Under the pieces are notes generated by a model. It had not been told where the DNA came from and made no database searches. It saw only the letters and a list, made by a program, of their open reading frames with translations. Shown one piece after another: positions 32,718 to 43,541 of a DNA stretch of 64,000 nt (its first letter is position 1; the number at the start of each line of letters is the position of its first letter). The translations under genes and the position numbers were made by a program. Location of the stretch: the UHGV virus genome UHGV-1351569. One strand, given 5' to 3'. The stretch is from a virus.

Positions 32718-34811
32718 ATGGAACTCATTACAGAATTATTTGACGAAGATACTACTCTTCCGATTACAAACTTAAATCCAAAGAAGAAAATACCACAAAT
32801 TTTTTCAGTTCATGTTGATGACGCAATTGAACAACCAGGCTTTCGTTTATGTACCTATACATCTGGAGGTGATACTAATCGCGATTTAAAAATGGGCGAT
32901 AAAATGATGCATATTGTTCCTTTTACATTAACTGCTAAAGGTTCAATTGCTAAATTAAAAGGTCTCGGTCCAAGCCCAATTAATTACATCAATTCAGTTT
33001 TTACTGTTGCGATGCAAACAATGCGTCAGTATAAAATTGATGCTTGTATGCTTCGTATTCTTAAGTCTAAAACCGCTGGTCAAGCTCGACAAATTCAAGT
33101 TATTGCTGATAGACTTATCCGTAGTCGTTCAGGTGGCAGATACGTCCTTCTTAAAGAACTCTGGGATTACGATAAAAAGTATGCATATATTCTTATACAT
33201 CGCAAAAATGTATCACTAGAAGACATTCCAGGAGTTCCGGAAATTAGTACCGAGCTCTTTACTAAAGTTGAATCGAAAGTCGGCGATGTTTATATCAATA
33301 AAGATACTGGAGCTCAAGTAACTAAAAATGAGGCAATTGCAGCATCTATTGCACAAGAAAATGATAAACGTTCTGACCAAGCTGTTATTGTTAAAGTTAA
33401 AATTTCCCGTAGAGCAATTGCGCAAAGTCAATCATTAGAATCTTCTAGATTTGAAAGCGAATTATTCCAGAAGTATGAATCTACTGCAGCTAATTTCAAT
33501 AAACCTGCTACAGCTCCTTTAATTCCCGAAGCAGAAGAAATGAAGCTTGGAATTAATTCATTAGCTTCTAAAACTAAGGCAGCAAAAATTATTGCCGAAG
33601 GAACCGCAGATGAACTTCACTATGACTATAAATTCTTTTCAAAAAGTGAGGTTAATGAAGTTTCTGAAAAAATTAAAGATGTAATTCTTAATGCGATTAA
33701 AAATGAACCAACTACTTCAATAAAATGTTTAGAGAAATACGCAGCAGCTGTTAATCAATTATTTGAAGAATATAAAGATAATTGGCTTGATAAACATAAT
33801 AAAACCCGTAAAGGACAGCCAGATGAAGTCTGGGAAGAAATGACTAAAAATTCCTGGAACGCAGCAAAAACTAAATTCCTCAAAAGAATGATTTACAGCT
33901 TTTCTGGAATTGGTGCAGGTCCAATGATTGATATTACTATTGCTCGTGATGGTTCTAAATATACTCCATCACAAAAGCGCGGCATTAGAGAGTATTGTGG
34001 TTCAGGATATACTGACATCAATAATCTTCTTTTGGGTCGTTACAATCCAGAACGATATGATGTAATGAGTGAAAAAGAAATTGAATCTGCTATAAATAAC
34101 TTAGATTCAGCTTTTGAAAATGGTGACCGTATACCAGAAGGCATTACAGTTTATCGTGCTCAAAGTATGACTGCTCCTATATACGAAGCACTAGTTAAAA
34201 ATAAAGTGTTCTATTTCAGAAATTTTGTATCTACTTCTTTAACTCCTATCATTTTTGGACGTTTTGGAATTACACATGCTGGTATTGGTCTTTTAGAACC
34301 AGAAGCTCGTAATGAATTAACAGTTGATAAAAATGAAGAAGGAATAACTATTAATCCAAACGAAATAAGAGCGTATAAAGAAAATCCTGAATACGTTAAA
34401 GTTCAAATAGGATGGGCAATTGATGGAGCTCATAAAGTTAATGTTGTATATCCAGGAAGTCTCGGAATAGCAACAGAAGCTGAAGTTATTCTACCACGCG
34501 GATTGATGGTCAAAGTTAATAAAATAACTGATGCTTCTAATAATGATGGAACAACATCTAATAATACAAAACTCATTCAAGCTGAAGTTATGACTACGGA
34601 AGAACTCACCGAATCAGTAATTTATGACGGTGACCGTCTAATGGAAACTGGTGAAGTAGTTGCAATGACAGGTGATATTGAAATAGAAGACAGAGTTGAC
34701 TTTGCATCATTTGTTTCATCAAATGTTAAACAAAAAGTAGAATCATCTCTTGGAATTATTGCATCTTGCATAGATATTACAAACATGCCTTACAAGTTCG
34801 TTCAAGGATAA
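32718..34811 (+). CDS. alt: Alt-like ADP-ribosyltransferase (capsid-packaged)
   Basis: ATG 32718 gives 697 aa MELITELFDEDTTLPITNL...; C-terminal motifs ...VYRAQ, FVSTSLTP, TEAEVILPRG (R / S-T-S / E-x-E). Confidence 0.9.
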   Translation: MELITELFDEDTTLPITNLNPKKKIPQIFSVHVDDAIEQPGFRLCTYTSGGDTNRDLKMGDKMMHIVPFTLTAKGSIAKLKGLGPSPINYINSVFTVAMQTMRQYKIDACMLRILKSKTAGQARQIQVIADRLIRSRSGGRYVLLKELWDYDKKYAYILIHRKNVSLEDIPGVPEISTELFTKVESKVGDVYINKDTGAQVTKNEAIAASIAQENDKRSDQAVIVKVKISRRAIAQSQSLESSRFESELFQKYESTAANFNKPATAPLIPEAEEMKLGINSLASKTKAAKIIAEGTADELHYDYKFFSKSEVNEVSEKIKDVILNAIKNEPTTSIKCLEKYAAAVNQLFEEYKDNWLDKHNKTRKGQPDEVWEEMTKNSWNAAKTKFLKRMIYSFSGIGAGPMIDITIARDGSKYTPSQKRGIREYCGSGYTDINNLLLGRYNPERYDVMSEKEIESAINNLDSAFENGDRIPEGITVYRAQSMTAPIYEALVKNKVFYFRNFVSTSLTPIIFGRFGITHAGIGLLEPEARNELTVDKNEEGITINPNEIRAYKENPEYVKVQIGWAIDGAHKVNVVYPGSLGIATEAEVILPRGLMVKVNKITDASNNDGTTSNNTKLIQAEVMTTEELTESVIYDGDRLMETGEVVAMTGDIEIEDRVDFASFVSSNVKQKVESSLGIIASCIDITNMPYKFVQG

Positions 34812-34814
34812 ATC

Positions 34815-36872
34815 ATGGAACTTATTACAGAATTATTTGACGGCGCTTCGGCGCCGGTTGTTAACTTAAATCCTAAGCATAAAATACCTCAAATTTTTGC
34901 TATTCAAGCCGGCGAAGAAAGTGTGCTTCCTGGATTTAGATTTTGTACATACACCTCTGGCGGTGATACAAATAAAAACGTTAAGCCAGGCGATAAAATG
35001 ATGCATATCGTAATGATAGGTGTCAATGAGAAACTGTCATTAGTTAAACTTAAAAACTTGGGTGGAAATCCAATTGGTGTCATTAATGCGGTTTTTGATA
35101 CTGCTCTTCAAACAATGAAACAGTATAAAATTGACGCATGCCTATTACGCGTACTAAAAAGTAAAACAAATGGCGCAGCTCGTCAAATGCAAGTTATTGC
35201 TGATCGTTTAGTACGTACTAAAGGAGCAGGTCGATATGTTCTTTTAAAGGAAATCTGGGATTACGATAAAAAGTATGCATATATTATGGTTTACCGTAAA
35301 AATGCCAATTTAGAAGACATTCCAGGTGTACCTCCTATTTCAACTGAGTTATTCACAAAAGTTGAATCAAAGGTTGGTGATGTTTATGTAGATGTTAAAA
35401 CAGGTAATGCTGTTCCTAAAGCTGTTGCTGTTGCTGCTTCTATTGCTTTAGAAAATGATAAGCGCACGGATCAAGCTGTTATTCAGAAAACTAAAATTAG
35501 TCGTCGATTAGCAGCACAAGCTCAATATTCTACTGTCGATGCTTCACTTCAGGGCGATAGCTTCGCTGCCAAGAAATATCAAGAGTTTGAATCTAAAGTT
35601 CCGGTATATAAAGCAGAAGGACCAATGAACTCTGGTGTTATTCAGATTGGTTCAAACTTCGGCAAAGGAGCTATCGGTGGTATGAGAAGTGCTTCTCGTT
35701 TTAAATCTAACGATTATGAACTAGAAAGCTTCCGAAATCATATTGCATTGGCCCATGCACGTTTACGTGATCCATCTATCAAGCTGCAGAGCGATATAAC
35801 ATATCAAGGTTCTCAAGAATATTTAAAGAATAAAGAATTCTTTGATTATAAAACCGATAAAATTTTAAGCGATCTCGCTGACATTAATATTTCTAATAGC
35901 TTTGATGTTATTAAGAAAATTATCAATGATTTAGTTAAAGGTTCTAAAGCCACGCCAGACGAAAAAGTAGCTATTATTCAATTTGTCATGAATAGCATTT
36001 ATAAATTGATTAATGAATCTGCTGCTCAGGCATATGAATACGCAAGCACCGAAGTAACTCCAAAAGGACTGACTCAGGCTGAGTCTGATGTAATTGAAGA
36101 TTATTGTGCAGATTCATATGTTGAAATGAACTCGTTCCTCCTGGGTAAACCAGATTCTACCCGTGAAGAATACATGGAACGAGCTATTAAACACATTGAG
36201 ACAATGGATTCTGCCTTTGCCAAAGGTTCAGTTCTTCCTCCAGGAACTACGCTTTATCGTGGACAAGAAGTTACCTTTAAAACTTTACGCCATAATATTG
36301 AAAATAAAATGTTCTATTTCAAGAACTTCGTATCAACATCGCTTAAACCAAATATCTTCGGTGAGCATGGTAAAAACTATATGGCTCTAGATGATTCCGG
36401 TGCAGTATTTTCTGGTGAAGGAGAAGGTTCTGTTGATGCTGAAGATTTAATGCATATGGGTAGTCATTCTGCATATGCTAATGAAGATGCTGAAACTAGC
36501 GTGGGTATGGTAATAAAAGGAGCTGAGCGAATTAAAGTTATCGTTCCAGGTCATTTATCAGAATTTCCATCAGAAGCTGAAGTTATTCTACCACGTGGAA
36601 TTTTGTTGAAGATTAATAAAGTAAGCACGTACATGATGAAAGAAACTGCTTATAACAAGTATTTAATCGAAGGCACAATCGTTCCTCCTTCTGAACAATT
36701 AGAAGAATCGGTATATGATGGCGATCATCTGATGGAAACTGGTGAAGTTCGTCCAATGGCTGGATTTAATCAATTCCTTGTAGAAGAATCAAAAGAAGAG
36801 GAAAACGAAGTTTCTCAAATCTTGGCTTCTTTGGTTAACATCAACGGAATGTCTAAAAAGTTCAAAATGTAG
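34815..36872 (+). CDS. second Alt-like ADP-ribosyltransferase paralog, intact
   Basis: 685 aa MELITELFDGASAPVVNL...; N-terminal ~230 aa and C-terminal motifs (TLYRGQ, FVSTSLKP, SEAEVILPRG) shared with upstream alt; central region divergent. Confidence 0.85.
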   Translation: MELITELFDGASAPVVNLNPKHKIPQIFAIQAGEESVLPGFRFCTYTSGGDTNKNVKPGDKMMHIVMIGVNEKLSLVKLKNLGGNPIGVINAVFDTALQTMKQYKIDACLLRVLKSKTNGAARQMQVIADRLVRTKGAGRYVLLKEIWDYDKKYAYIMVYRKNANLEDIPGVPPISTELFTKVESKVGDVYVDVKTGNAVPKAVAVAASIALENDKRTDQAVIQKTKISRRLAAQAQYSTVDASLQGDSFAAKKYQEFESKVPVYKAEGPMNSGVIQIGSNFGKGAIGGMRSASRFKSNDYELESFRNHIALAHARLRDPSIKLQSDITYQGSQEYLKNKEFFDYKTDKILSDLADINISNSFDVIKKIINDLVKGSKATPDEKVAIIQFVMNSIYKLINESAAQAYEYASTEVTPKGLTQAESDVIEDYCADSYVEMNSFLLGKPDSTREEYMERAIKHIETMDSAFAKGSVLPPGTTLYRGQEVTFKTLRHNIENKMFYFKNFVSTSLKPNIFGEHGKNYMALDDSGAVFSGEGEGSVDAEDLMHMGSHSAYANEDAETSVGMVIKGAERIKVIVPGHLSEFPSEAEVILPRGILLKINKVSTYMMKETAYNKYLIEGTIVPPSEQLEESVYDGDHLMETGEVRPMAGFNQFLVEESKEEENEVSQILASLVNINGMSKKFKM

Positions 36873-36901
36873 TTTACAAGTTCCTCGTGTTGTGTTATAA
36901 T
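36872..36901 (+). promoter_or_regulatory. T4-type early promoter; near-duplicate of the alc upstream cassette
   Basis: GTTTAC 36872-77 (overlapping the alt paralog stop), TATAAT 36896-901; about 85% identical over ~55 bp to 21186-21240. Confidence 0.5.
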
Positions 36902-36932
36902 AATTTTACTTACATAACATGAGGAACACAAA

Positions 36933-37223
36933 ATGAAATCTTCTTTACGCTTTTTAGGTCAAGAACTTGTAGTTGAAGGCGTTATTCCTGCTGATAATGC
37001 TTTTAATGAAGCAGTTTATGATGAATTTATCAAAATTTTTGGAACAGATAAAAAGTTCGGAATTTTTCCTTCTGAAAATTTTTCAAAGCCAGAACAGACT
37101 GAAAGTATTTTCCAAGGTGTAGTAACAGGTAAATTTGAGTCAGAAGCTCCGGTAAAAATTGAAGTTTATATTGAAGACAGTTTAGTTGCTTCAGTTGCTG
37201 CTTTTATTTCATTCCGTAAATAA
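36933..37223 (+). CDS. hypothetical small protein with N-terminal capsid-targeting-like sequence
   Basis: 96 aa MKSSLRFLGQELVVEG...; SD GAGGAA; adjacent to head-packaged alt genes. Confidence 0.7.
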   Translation: MKSSLRFLGQELVVEGVIPADNAFNEAVYDEFIKIFGTDKKFGIFPSENFSKPEQTESIFQGVVTGKFESEAPVKIEVYIEDSLVASVAAFISFRK

Positions 37224-37227
37224 AAAT

Positions 37228-37249
37228 ATGGGGACCGAAAGGTCCCCAT
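37228..37249. terminator. bidirectional hairpin terminator between convergent genes
   Basis: ATGGGGACC-gaaa-GGTCCCCAT; T-rich on the minus-strand side and moderately so on the plus side. Confidence 0.75.
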
Positions 37250-37251
37250 TG

Positions 37252-38217
37252 TTATATTGCTCCTAATATTTTACTTTGCGAGTTGACAATTCCCGTCATA
37301 GTATTAATGTTTGAAATGCTTCCCGCAGTTCCTCCTAATCTACTAAGTCGTGAAAGCGAATTAGATAGTCCAGTAACACCTCCACTATTTCCGAGAACGC
37401 TTTGAATGCCATTTATAGCAGCAGATTCAAGCCACTCAAGCGCAGCTTGTCTATCAACTGACCCAGCCTGCATGACTCTATACGCAAAAGTAACATCAAA
37501 TGTAGTTATTTGGTTATCTCCATCATATGATAACTCAGGAGCACTTACTGACACTGGAATGCATCCGGTGAACATCACAGCAGTATGAGGTAATCCATTA
37601 CGAGCATGAAGATTAACCTGAATATCTGCCTCGACATCTTGTGGCAAAGCACGCAATCCAGTTACTGGGTCTTGAACAGCGTTAACCCAGTCTTGCATTG
37701 CACGATAGTTACAAGCTTCTGAATCCATCCTAAATGAAATAACCAAAGGGTCTAATTCTCTCCCAGTTATACGAATATTAGGAGAATTATAGTTCCAGTC
37801 AGTTTCATAGGATAATCTATTCTCTGGCATTTTTACAGAATATATCATCAATCCAGATGAGTTATATGCCATGTTAAAGAAGTCAATTAAATATGTACCA
37901 ACTGTAAATGAGCCCAATAAACTTTGAACTGTACGTTGACTCATGGCACCAATAAGATATTTACTAACCCCTGATTTTCTTATCAGTTTTTGTGTGCCAG
38001 CAGTAATTAGCGTGGTAATTCCCTGATTAATATCGCCTTGAGTCAATCCTAACCAATCTGAATTTAGACCCAAGTTATTATAAGAAAAGTTGCTAATTGA
38101 ACTTATCAACGAAGAGCTTTTAGTTGATGGAGTTGTCGCAAAAACGCAGCTAAACATATTATTACGTTGGAAATCTGCGTTTATTGCTTGATTATTAAAT
38201 TCCTCTAAAGAATACAT
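37252..38217 (-). CDS. 54: baseplate tail tube initiator gp54
   Basis: 321 aa; T4 gp54 size and order 54-48-29. Confidence 0.9.
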   Translation of the reverse strand: MYSLEEFNNQAINADFQRNNMFSCVFATTPSTKSSSLISSISNFSYNNLGLNSDWLGLTQGDINQGITTLITAGTQKLIRKSGVSKYLIGAMSQRTVQSLLGSFTVGTYLIDFFNMAYNSSGLMIYSVKMPENRLSYETDWNYNSPNIRITGRELDPLVISFRMDSEACNYRAMQDWVNAVQDPVTGLRALPQDVEADIQVNLHARNGLPHTAVMFTGCIPVSVSAPELSYDGDNQITTFDVTFAYRVMQAGSVDRQAALEWLESAAINGIQSVLGNSGGVTGLSNSLSRLSRLGGTAGSISNINTMTGIVNSQSKILGAI

Positions 38218-39311
38218 TAAAAAGTCCCCGCATATAAAGAAGCACGGTTTAACGTGATAATTTCTCTCATAGTAATCTCAAGTGTAAATGTACTAGGGAG
38301 GTTTGGAGCAATAGCTAATCCGTTAAAGTTACCATTAGGCGTTTTATCAAATCTGATGCTCTGTATTTGGCATGGGCCAAATATTTCCGTTTTTCCATCA
38401 AACTTAGATGTTGCACCAAAGTTTTTCACCATCCAGATTGTCGGGTTTGAAACTACTAGAACGTTAGTTAAACTCGATGTCATTTTCTCAAATAGTGTTT
38501 TATTTTTAGCCGCGTCTTCCGGAGATAAAGGTTCAATTAATGTAGAACGATACCAATCATCTAAATATCCCTTTATTTCAGCAGCATATTGAGATTTACC
38601 CGTTTCACCATAAGAAAAATAGTTAAAATATTGATAGATATTAATAATAGCCATCAAATCTTCTGTTGAACGTGGCGTCAAATCCCATGTAAACACTTTA
38701 GTTCTATTCTCAGCACCGCCATACATACTTCTGGCTGTCGTATAAATCTGTTCATTATTATCAGCCATTATACCTTGCGTTATACTTTCCAGTGCCCCAA
38801 ATACTGCAGTTGAAGCAATATTACTTAACACGCCAGTAGCAGTACCTCCGCCTCTGCTGATGAGACTTTCTTGAACATCATTAAATCGGTGTGATGATGT
38901 ATCAACATCAGATTTAGATCTCGGCAAAAGAATATTTGCCACAGGAGCTTTACTTATTGTTCCTGAATTATTGTTTGATATTAATCCATTTGATAGTTTT
39001 GATACTGTACTACTAATAGTGTTTCTAGCTGTACTTAAAATACTCGAAGATGAAGAAGAGTAGTTAGATCTCATCGATCTAAGACTTCCAGAATCCCTAG
39101 ATGACATATTGTATGCAGTAAATAATAATCCATTCTTATATAGATCTGTTACCTGGAAGTCCCCTGTAGTGTCATTACCACTAGCACGCCCAGTTGGAAA
39201 CTGGGCAGTGTATGTTTTAGTTGCTACTTCTGATTTAGTACTCTGTCCGGCTGAAATTTTCTCACCGGACTTTTTAATTAAATCAGCAGTTATTTCTTTA
39301 ACAATTGCCAT
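38217..39311 (-). CDS. 48: baseplate tail tube cap gp48
   Basis: 364 aa (T4 gp48 length). Confidence 0.9.
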   Translation of the reverse strand: MAIVKEITADLIKKSGEKISAGQSTKSEVATKTYTAQFPTGRASGNDTTGDFQVTDLYKNGLLFTAYNMSSRDSGSLRSMRSNYSSSSSSILSTARNTISSTVSKLSNGLISNNNSGTISKAPVANILLPRSKSDVDTSSHRFNDVQESLISRGGGTATGVLSNIASTAVFGALESITQGIMADNNEQIYTTARSMYGGAENRTKVFTWDLTPRSTEDLMAIINIYQYFNYFSYGETGKSQYAAEIKGYLDDWYRSTLIEPLSPEDAAKNKTLFEKMTSSLTNVLVVSNPTIWMVKNFGATSKFDGKTEIFGPCQIQSIRFDKTPNGNFNGLAIAPNLPSTFTLEITMREIITLNRASLYAGTF

Positions 39312-39319
39312 ATTATTCC

Positions 39320-41092
39320 TTAATTAACTCCGGTCGCATCAAATACACCAGGAGCAGTCGTGCTCGTTACGGGTGTCATATTATGAACGACAGTATTTTT
39401 CTTAACAACATTATTAGTATTATTGATCGAAGGAGATGCTTGTTGAACAGGAGCTTGCTGTGCTTTGTTCTTTTCTATTACCTGGACTTGTTTTGCTTCT
39501 GGCGATTTAGCAGAAGTTTCAGGTTTGGCATTAGGCTGATTTTTCTTGAGCTCTTGATAAGTAGCATCAATTTTAGAAAATCTAGCAGCAAGTTCTTTTT
39601 TAACTGCCGGTGAATTATTTAAATCCGGGTCATCCATCCGTTTTTTAAGGTCTTCATAGGCAGCTTCAACTGATTTAACCGTTGAGTCTTTACTCATATC
39701 AGCAGAATCAGCATATTTTTCAAAACGAATCATCGCGGCCCGAGCTTCATTAGCCTTCATTAAAGCATTTTTTCTTTCTTCTGGTGAAAGTTGCTTTAAT
39801 TTTTCTTCTTCTGCTGCGCGTTCTTCATCGGTTGTCAATGCTTCTTTATTATCAACACCACGAATCCAGTTAGATGCACGAGTTTTCCAATTAGCAATTT
39901 TGTCTAATCCTTTTGCTATCGGACCAAGGTCTCCATTCATTCGTTTATCTTGATAATTTGCAACTTTTTCCTGGTCTTCTTTATTGAGAGATGCTCCAGT
40001 AGAATTTTGGAAATTTTCTAATGCTCTTCCTTCTACTTCATCAGCAGTATCCTTCATACCAGGAATGACTCGAAGAATTGCTGCAGATAATTTAGCCATA
40101 CCTAATTGAATAAGTTCACCTAAATTATAAAGAACCTTTCCAAGCCCTTCTACAATAGCTACCGTCAAACCGCCCCAATCTCCCTCTTCCCAGAACTTTT
40201 TAATTTCATCAATAGAACTAAAGATGCTCTGTAATAAAGGACCCCATGTTCCGGTTTCGCTAGAGAATTTAGTAAAGTCTGTACTAAATAAATCCCATGC
40301 CTGCGAAAATTTATCTGACCAATATTTAAAGTGAACCATCAGCAGATCTATTCCAACAACAACAGCCAATATCATTGCAGTCATTTTAGCAGCTTCAATA
40401 GCAGCACTGACGGTATACTTAAATAGCATGCTTGATATTTTATCAGTAATTGAAATAGATTTCTTAAATCCGAAATCAACAGTCTTTGTTAATTTATCTA
40501 AAGCTTGAGATAATTTTAAGTTAAATGCGTCTTTTTTCTGTTTTTCTTCTGGCGATTCTTGTTTAGGTTCAACTGGCTGAGGGGTAGGGAAAAAATCAGC
40601 ATCAGGATCATTATTAACTGCTTCAGGAGCCGGTAATAAAGGACCCACGGATTCAGCTGTATCGTCCTCAACAACTTTAACAGGAATAGCGCTTTCAACC
40701 GTAGCTAAACTAGTTCCAGTCTGTTGAATTCCAGCTGTCTGGATTTTTTGCTCCAGTAAACTCGTTAATTTATCTAATTTACTTCCGAGTGATTCACCGA
40801 TTTCTTTATTAATATTATTGCCAGTTTCAACAGTTTCAGCAATTAACTCAGAACCAGCAGTAGTATCACTCACTGCGCTTTCTACGTTACCAATTGCTCC
40901 AACTATTTCATTCGATTTTTCTTCGACAGTTTGAGCAATTAGTTCAGAAGCAGCTTGAGCATCATCCAATTTCGTAGATATATCGTTAAGTCCAGATAAA
41001 GTGTTAGAAGCGGATTTAGCCGCTTCCTGTGTTGGTTTATTATCTGAAATAACTTTTCTACGCATCGTTTGCATTTCTTGTGGCTTTTTCAT
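39320..41092 (-). CDS. 29: baseplate hub subunit / tail length determinator gp29
   Basis: 590 aa (T4 gp29 length); extended low-complexity Ala/Gln/Glu regions. Confidence 0.9.
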   Translation of the reverse strand: MKKPQEMQTMRRKVISDNKPTQEAAKSASNTLSGLNDISTKLDDAQAASELIAQTVEEKSNEIVGAIGNVESAVSDTTAGSELIAETVETGNNINKEIGESLGSKLDKLTSLLEQKIQTAGIQQTGTSLATVESAIPVKVVEDDTAESVGPLLPAPEAVNNDPDADFFPTPQPVEPKQESPEEKQKKDAFNLKLSQALDKLTKTVDFGFKKSISITDKISSMLFKYTVSAAIEAAKMTAMILAVVVGIDLLMVHFKYWSDKFSQAWDLFSTDFTKFSSETGTWGPLLQSIFSSIDEIKKFWEEGDWGGLTVAIVEGLGKVLYNLGELIQLGMAKLSAAILRVIPGMKDTADEVEGRALENFQNSTGASLNKEDQEKVANYQDKRMNGDLGPIAKGLDKIANWKTRASNWIRGVDNKEALTTDEERAAEEEKLKQLSPEERKNALMKANEARAAMIRFEKYADSADMSKDSTVKSVEAAYEDLKKRMDDPDLNNSPAVKKELAARFSKIDATYQELKKNQPNAKPETSAKSPEAKQVQVIEKNKAQQAPVQQASPSINNTNNVVKKNTVVHNMTPVTSTTAPGVFDATGVN

Positions 41093-41622
41093 TCAAATAA
41101 TCCAATAATATTGCCAATTCCGGTTATTGGACCATTAGGGCCAGGAATTGCTAAAGTTGTAAAAATATCATTTGCCCATTTTAAAACGAATGCTGGCATC
41201 TCAAGAAAATTAATTTCTTTAACTTCATCATTGACCTTAAGCAAGCATTTGGATAACATATCGCTCACCGTTAAAAATTGTTCAAATTTTCCAGGAGGTC
41301 TAAAATAAAATGTATTTCCTTGGTATTGAAATTCCAATCTTTGGCATACATAGACATCATTAATGTCATAAGTATAGCCATCTATTTCTTTACGAGATTT
41401 AATCTTTCCATTAAATTCCAATAAATGAATAGAAACGAAATCAACTTCTGCCGGTGATAAATTCGGACAAATAGAATCAATAAGAAGTTTTAAATTTTCA
41501 TCAGGACCTTTAACATCTTTTAAAATGTTATAATGTTTAAGACCCATTTTAGGAATAGAAACTTCTTTATTGCTTATTGGAAGAACTACTTTCTTCAGTG
41601 GTAGTATCAGATTTAAATTCAT
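41089..41622 (-). CDS. 28: baseplate hub distal subunit gp28
   Basis: 177 aa; overlaps the 3' end of gene 27. Confidence 0.85.
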   Translation of the reverse strand: MNLNLILPLKKVVLPISNKEVSIPKMGLKHYNILKDVKGPDENLKLLIDSICPNLSPAEVDFVSIHLLEFNGKIKSRKEIDGYTYDINDVYVCQRLEFQYQGNTFYFRPPGKFEQFLTVSDMLSKCLLKVNDEVKEINFLEMPAFVLKWANDIFTTLAIPGPNGPITGIGNIIGLFE

Positions 41623-42742
41623 TTTTAACCTTAACTGGGTCTATTGTTTCCAGTTTCGTTGCATTAGTGAACATATATAGATGAGTTACTGAATTATTAT
41701 TTGATAATTCATGGATGACTTCATCAACGTAAAATTCTGTTTTAAATTGGTTTTTACTATCGTTAAAAATAATTTTAACGCCAGGAGTCAAGTTAAAATT
41801 ACCGACAGTAGAACATTTAGCATAACCATCGTATTGTGCCATAGTTTGAAGACGAATAGCTTCTTCATATCCATTCCTATAAGTCATTTCAGAATAAGCA
41901 CCTGACCTTGATACTACAATAGAGTTTTCGCCCTTTCCCGTAGTAATCATTGGCAATGAAGAATCTAAAAATGAATGAGCATAGATAGTAGCATTTTTCA
42001 TTGGGTCACGTTTGTGAGGATTCGATTTAGTCAACCAAACGAAATCATATGCTAATGGGTATTTTAATTCTTGGATGAATTGACCTATTAAAGATGGCTC
42101 ACCGACAATCATTGGATATGGTTCTTGATTTATCATCATATCATAGTCCATCATGTTAACTCCCATGATGTCTTGCCACACAAATACAAATTTGTCACTT
42201 CCTACAGCTAGAGCAACTTCTCTGACATATGACAAATAGTTTTCAAATGTGCTAGTCCACGGAATATCAGGAACATAAGCATTTATAGCATTTATTGCTG
42301 GAGTTAATAATGTGCGATCTTGATAAATGACACCAAGCATTTCCTTTATAGATTCACCTGCATCAGAGAAAAACGGTCTGCCAAATTTAAGATTTTCTAT
42401 AGAATGAATAGTTCCCAATTCAATAGCAATGATGTTATCACCCTTTGAATCTACAGATACAGAAAAATGCTTACATCCATAAATTCGTGTTTTAACATTA
42501 TTAATATCGTTTGCATTAGCTACAGAAATCTGAATTATTTCATTTCCATCCATTTTTGTATGGATATTTTTAGAATCATAAAACTGCAGCATTCCTTCAT
42601 TTCGGCCATAAAGAGAATCCCGCATAGTTAATGTGGTAATAGTAGCAGCTAATTCAACAAATCTATTATTACTCCAAGCGTCGTAGCTATCAAATAATTT
42701 AACGCTGAGATTTGGATATCCTGGGCGTTGCAACATACTCAT
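41567..42742 (-). CDS. 27: baseplate hub subunit gp27
   Basis: 391 aa [28 protein letters not shown]... Confidence 0.93.
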   Translation of the reverse strand: MSMLQRPGYPNLSVKLFDSYDAWSNNRFVELAATITTLTMRDSLYGRNEGMLQFYDSKNIHTKMDGNEIIQISVANANDINNVKTRIYGCKHFSVSVDSKGDNIIAIELGTIHSIENLKFGRPFFSDAGESIKEMLGVIYQDRTLLTPAINAINAYVPDIPWTSTFENYLSYVREVALAVGSDKFVFVWQDIMGVNMMDYDMMINQEPYPMIVGEPSLIGQFIQELKYPLAYDFVWLTKSNPHKRDPMKNATIYAHSFLDSSLPMITTGKGENSIVVSRSGAYSEMTYRNGYEEAIRLQTMAQYDGYAKCSTVGNFNLTPGVKIIFNDSKNQFKTEFYVDEVIHELSNNNSVTHLYMFTNATKLETIDPVKVKNEFKSDTTTEESSSSNKQ

Positions 42743-43491
42743 TATTGTTTATCCTTCTCAATCAGTTTTAATACGAATCCGCGCTCAGCAGGAATCATTT
42801 TCATTATTGAATTTAAGCTATAATTACTTTTTACGAGCGTGTGATTGATTTGATAAAAAGTAAATATTTCATCTGGGTTAACTAATAGCTTAAACACATC
42901 TACTATATCAGTGTATTTTTTTACATACTTATTACAACATGACATATGCAATGTTAAATTAATAGGATTCATTGCATCGAGAATTTTTTCTAATGTTTCT
43001 ATTTCGATGGCATCAACAAGTTCTATTTGACTTGATTCGCTAATTTCCTTCCAATCATACCATGTTTCATCTACTTGAACAGAATGAATATTTTCAGTAA
43101 TCATCTTTGCTTTATTTTCATAAAACTCAGAAGGAAACTTTAATTTAATTTTAACATTAGCTACATCAAAAACAGGTTCCTTTAATTCTTTTTGATATAT
43201 TTCAAATGGAACCGTCTTTTCTTTTTTACATTTTGGGCATACAAATGTGACCGGTACTTTAGTTTTACCTATTGACCCTACAAATACCTGCAAAAATATA
43301 AATGGTTGCCAAGTCTTCGGATAGTCTCCAAAATAATCAGCAATTAAATCAGCAATTATTTCTTTTTGTTCTTGTGGTGACCGATGTTCTATATCGTTTC
43401 GAACTAACAAAAAATCTCGATAATCTTCTACCGTAAATGGTTTAAAACGATGAACACCATCTGGTAATTTACAACGAATAATGTTTGCCAT
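42742..43491 (-). CDS. 51: baseplate hub assembly catalyst gp51
   Basis: 249 aa; divergent from gene 26. Confidence 0.9.
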   Translation of the reverse strand: MANIIRCKLPDGVHRFKPFTVEDYRDFLLVRNDIEHRSPQEQKEIIADLIADYFGDYPKTWQPFIFLQVFVGSIGKTKVPVTFVCPKCKKEKTVPFEIYQKELKEPVFDVANVKIKLKFPSEFYENKAKMITENIHSVQVDETWYDWKEISESSQIELVDAIEIETLEKILDAMNPINLTLHMSCCNKYVKKYTDIVDVFKLLVNPDEIFTFYQINHTLVKSNYSLNSIMKMIPAERGFVLKLIEKDKQ

Positions 43492-43508
43492 AGATGCTCC
43501 TTTTATTC

Positions 43509-43520
43509 TATTTATAAATA
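43509..43520. promoter_or_regulatory. palindrome TATTTATAAATA carrying divergent late promoters for genes 51 and 26
   Basis: Perfect 12-bp palindrome; TATAAATA reads on plus (43513-20) and on minus (43516-09). SD AAGGAG present on both sides. Confidence 0.7.
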
Positions 43521-43541
43521 TGATAAATAAAGGAGCTAAAT

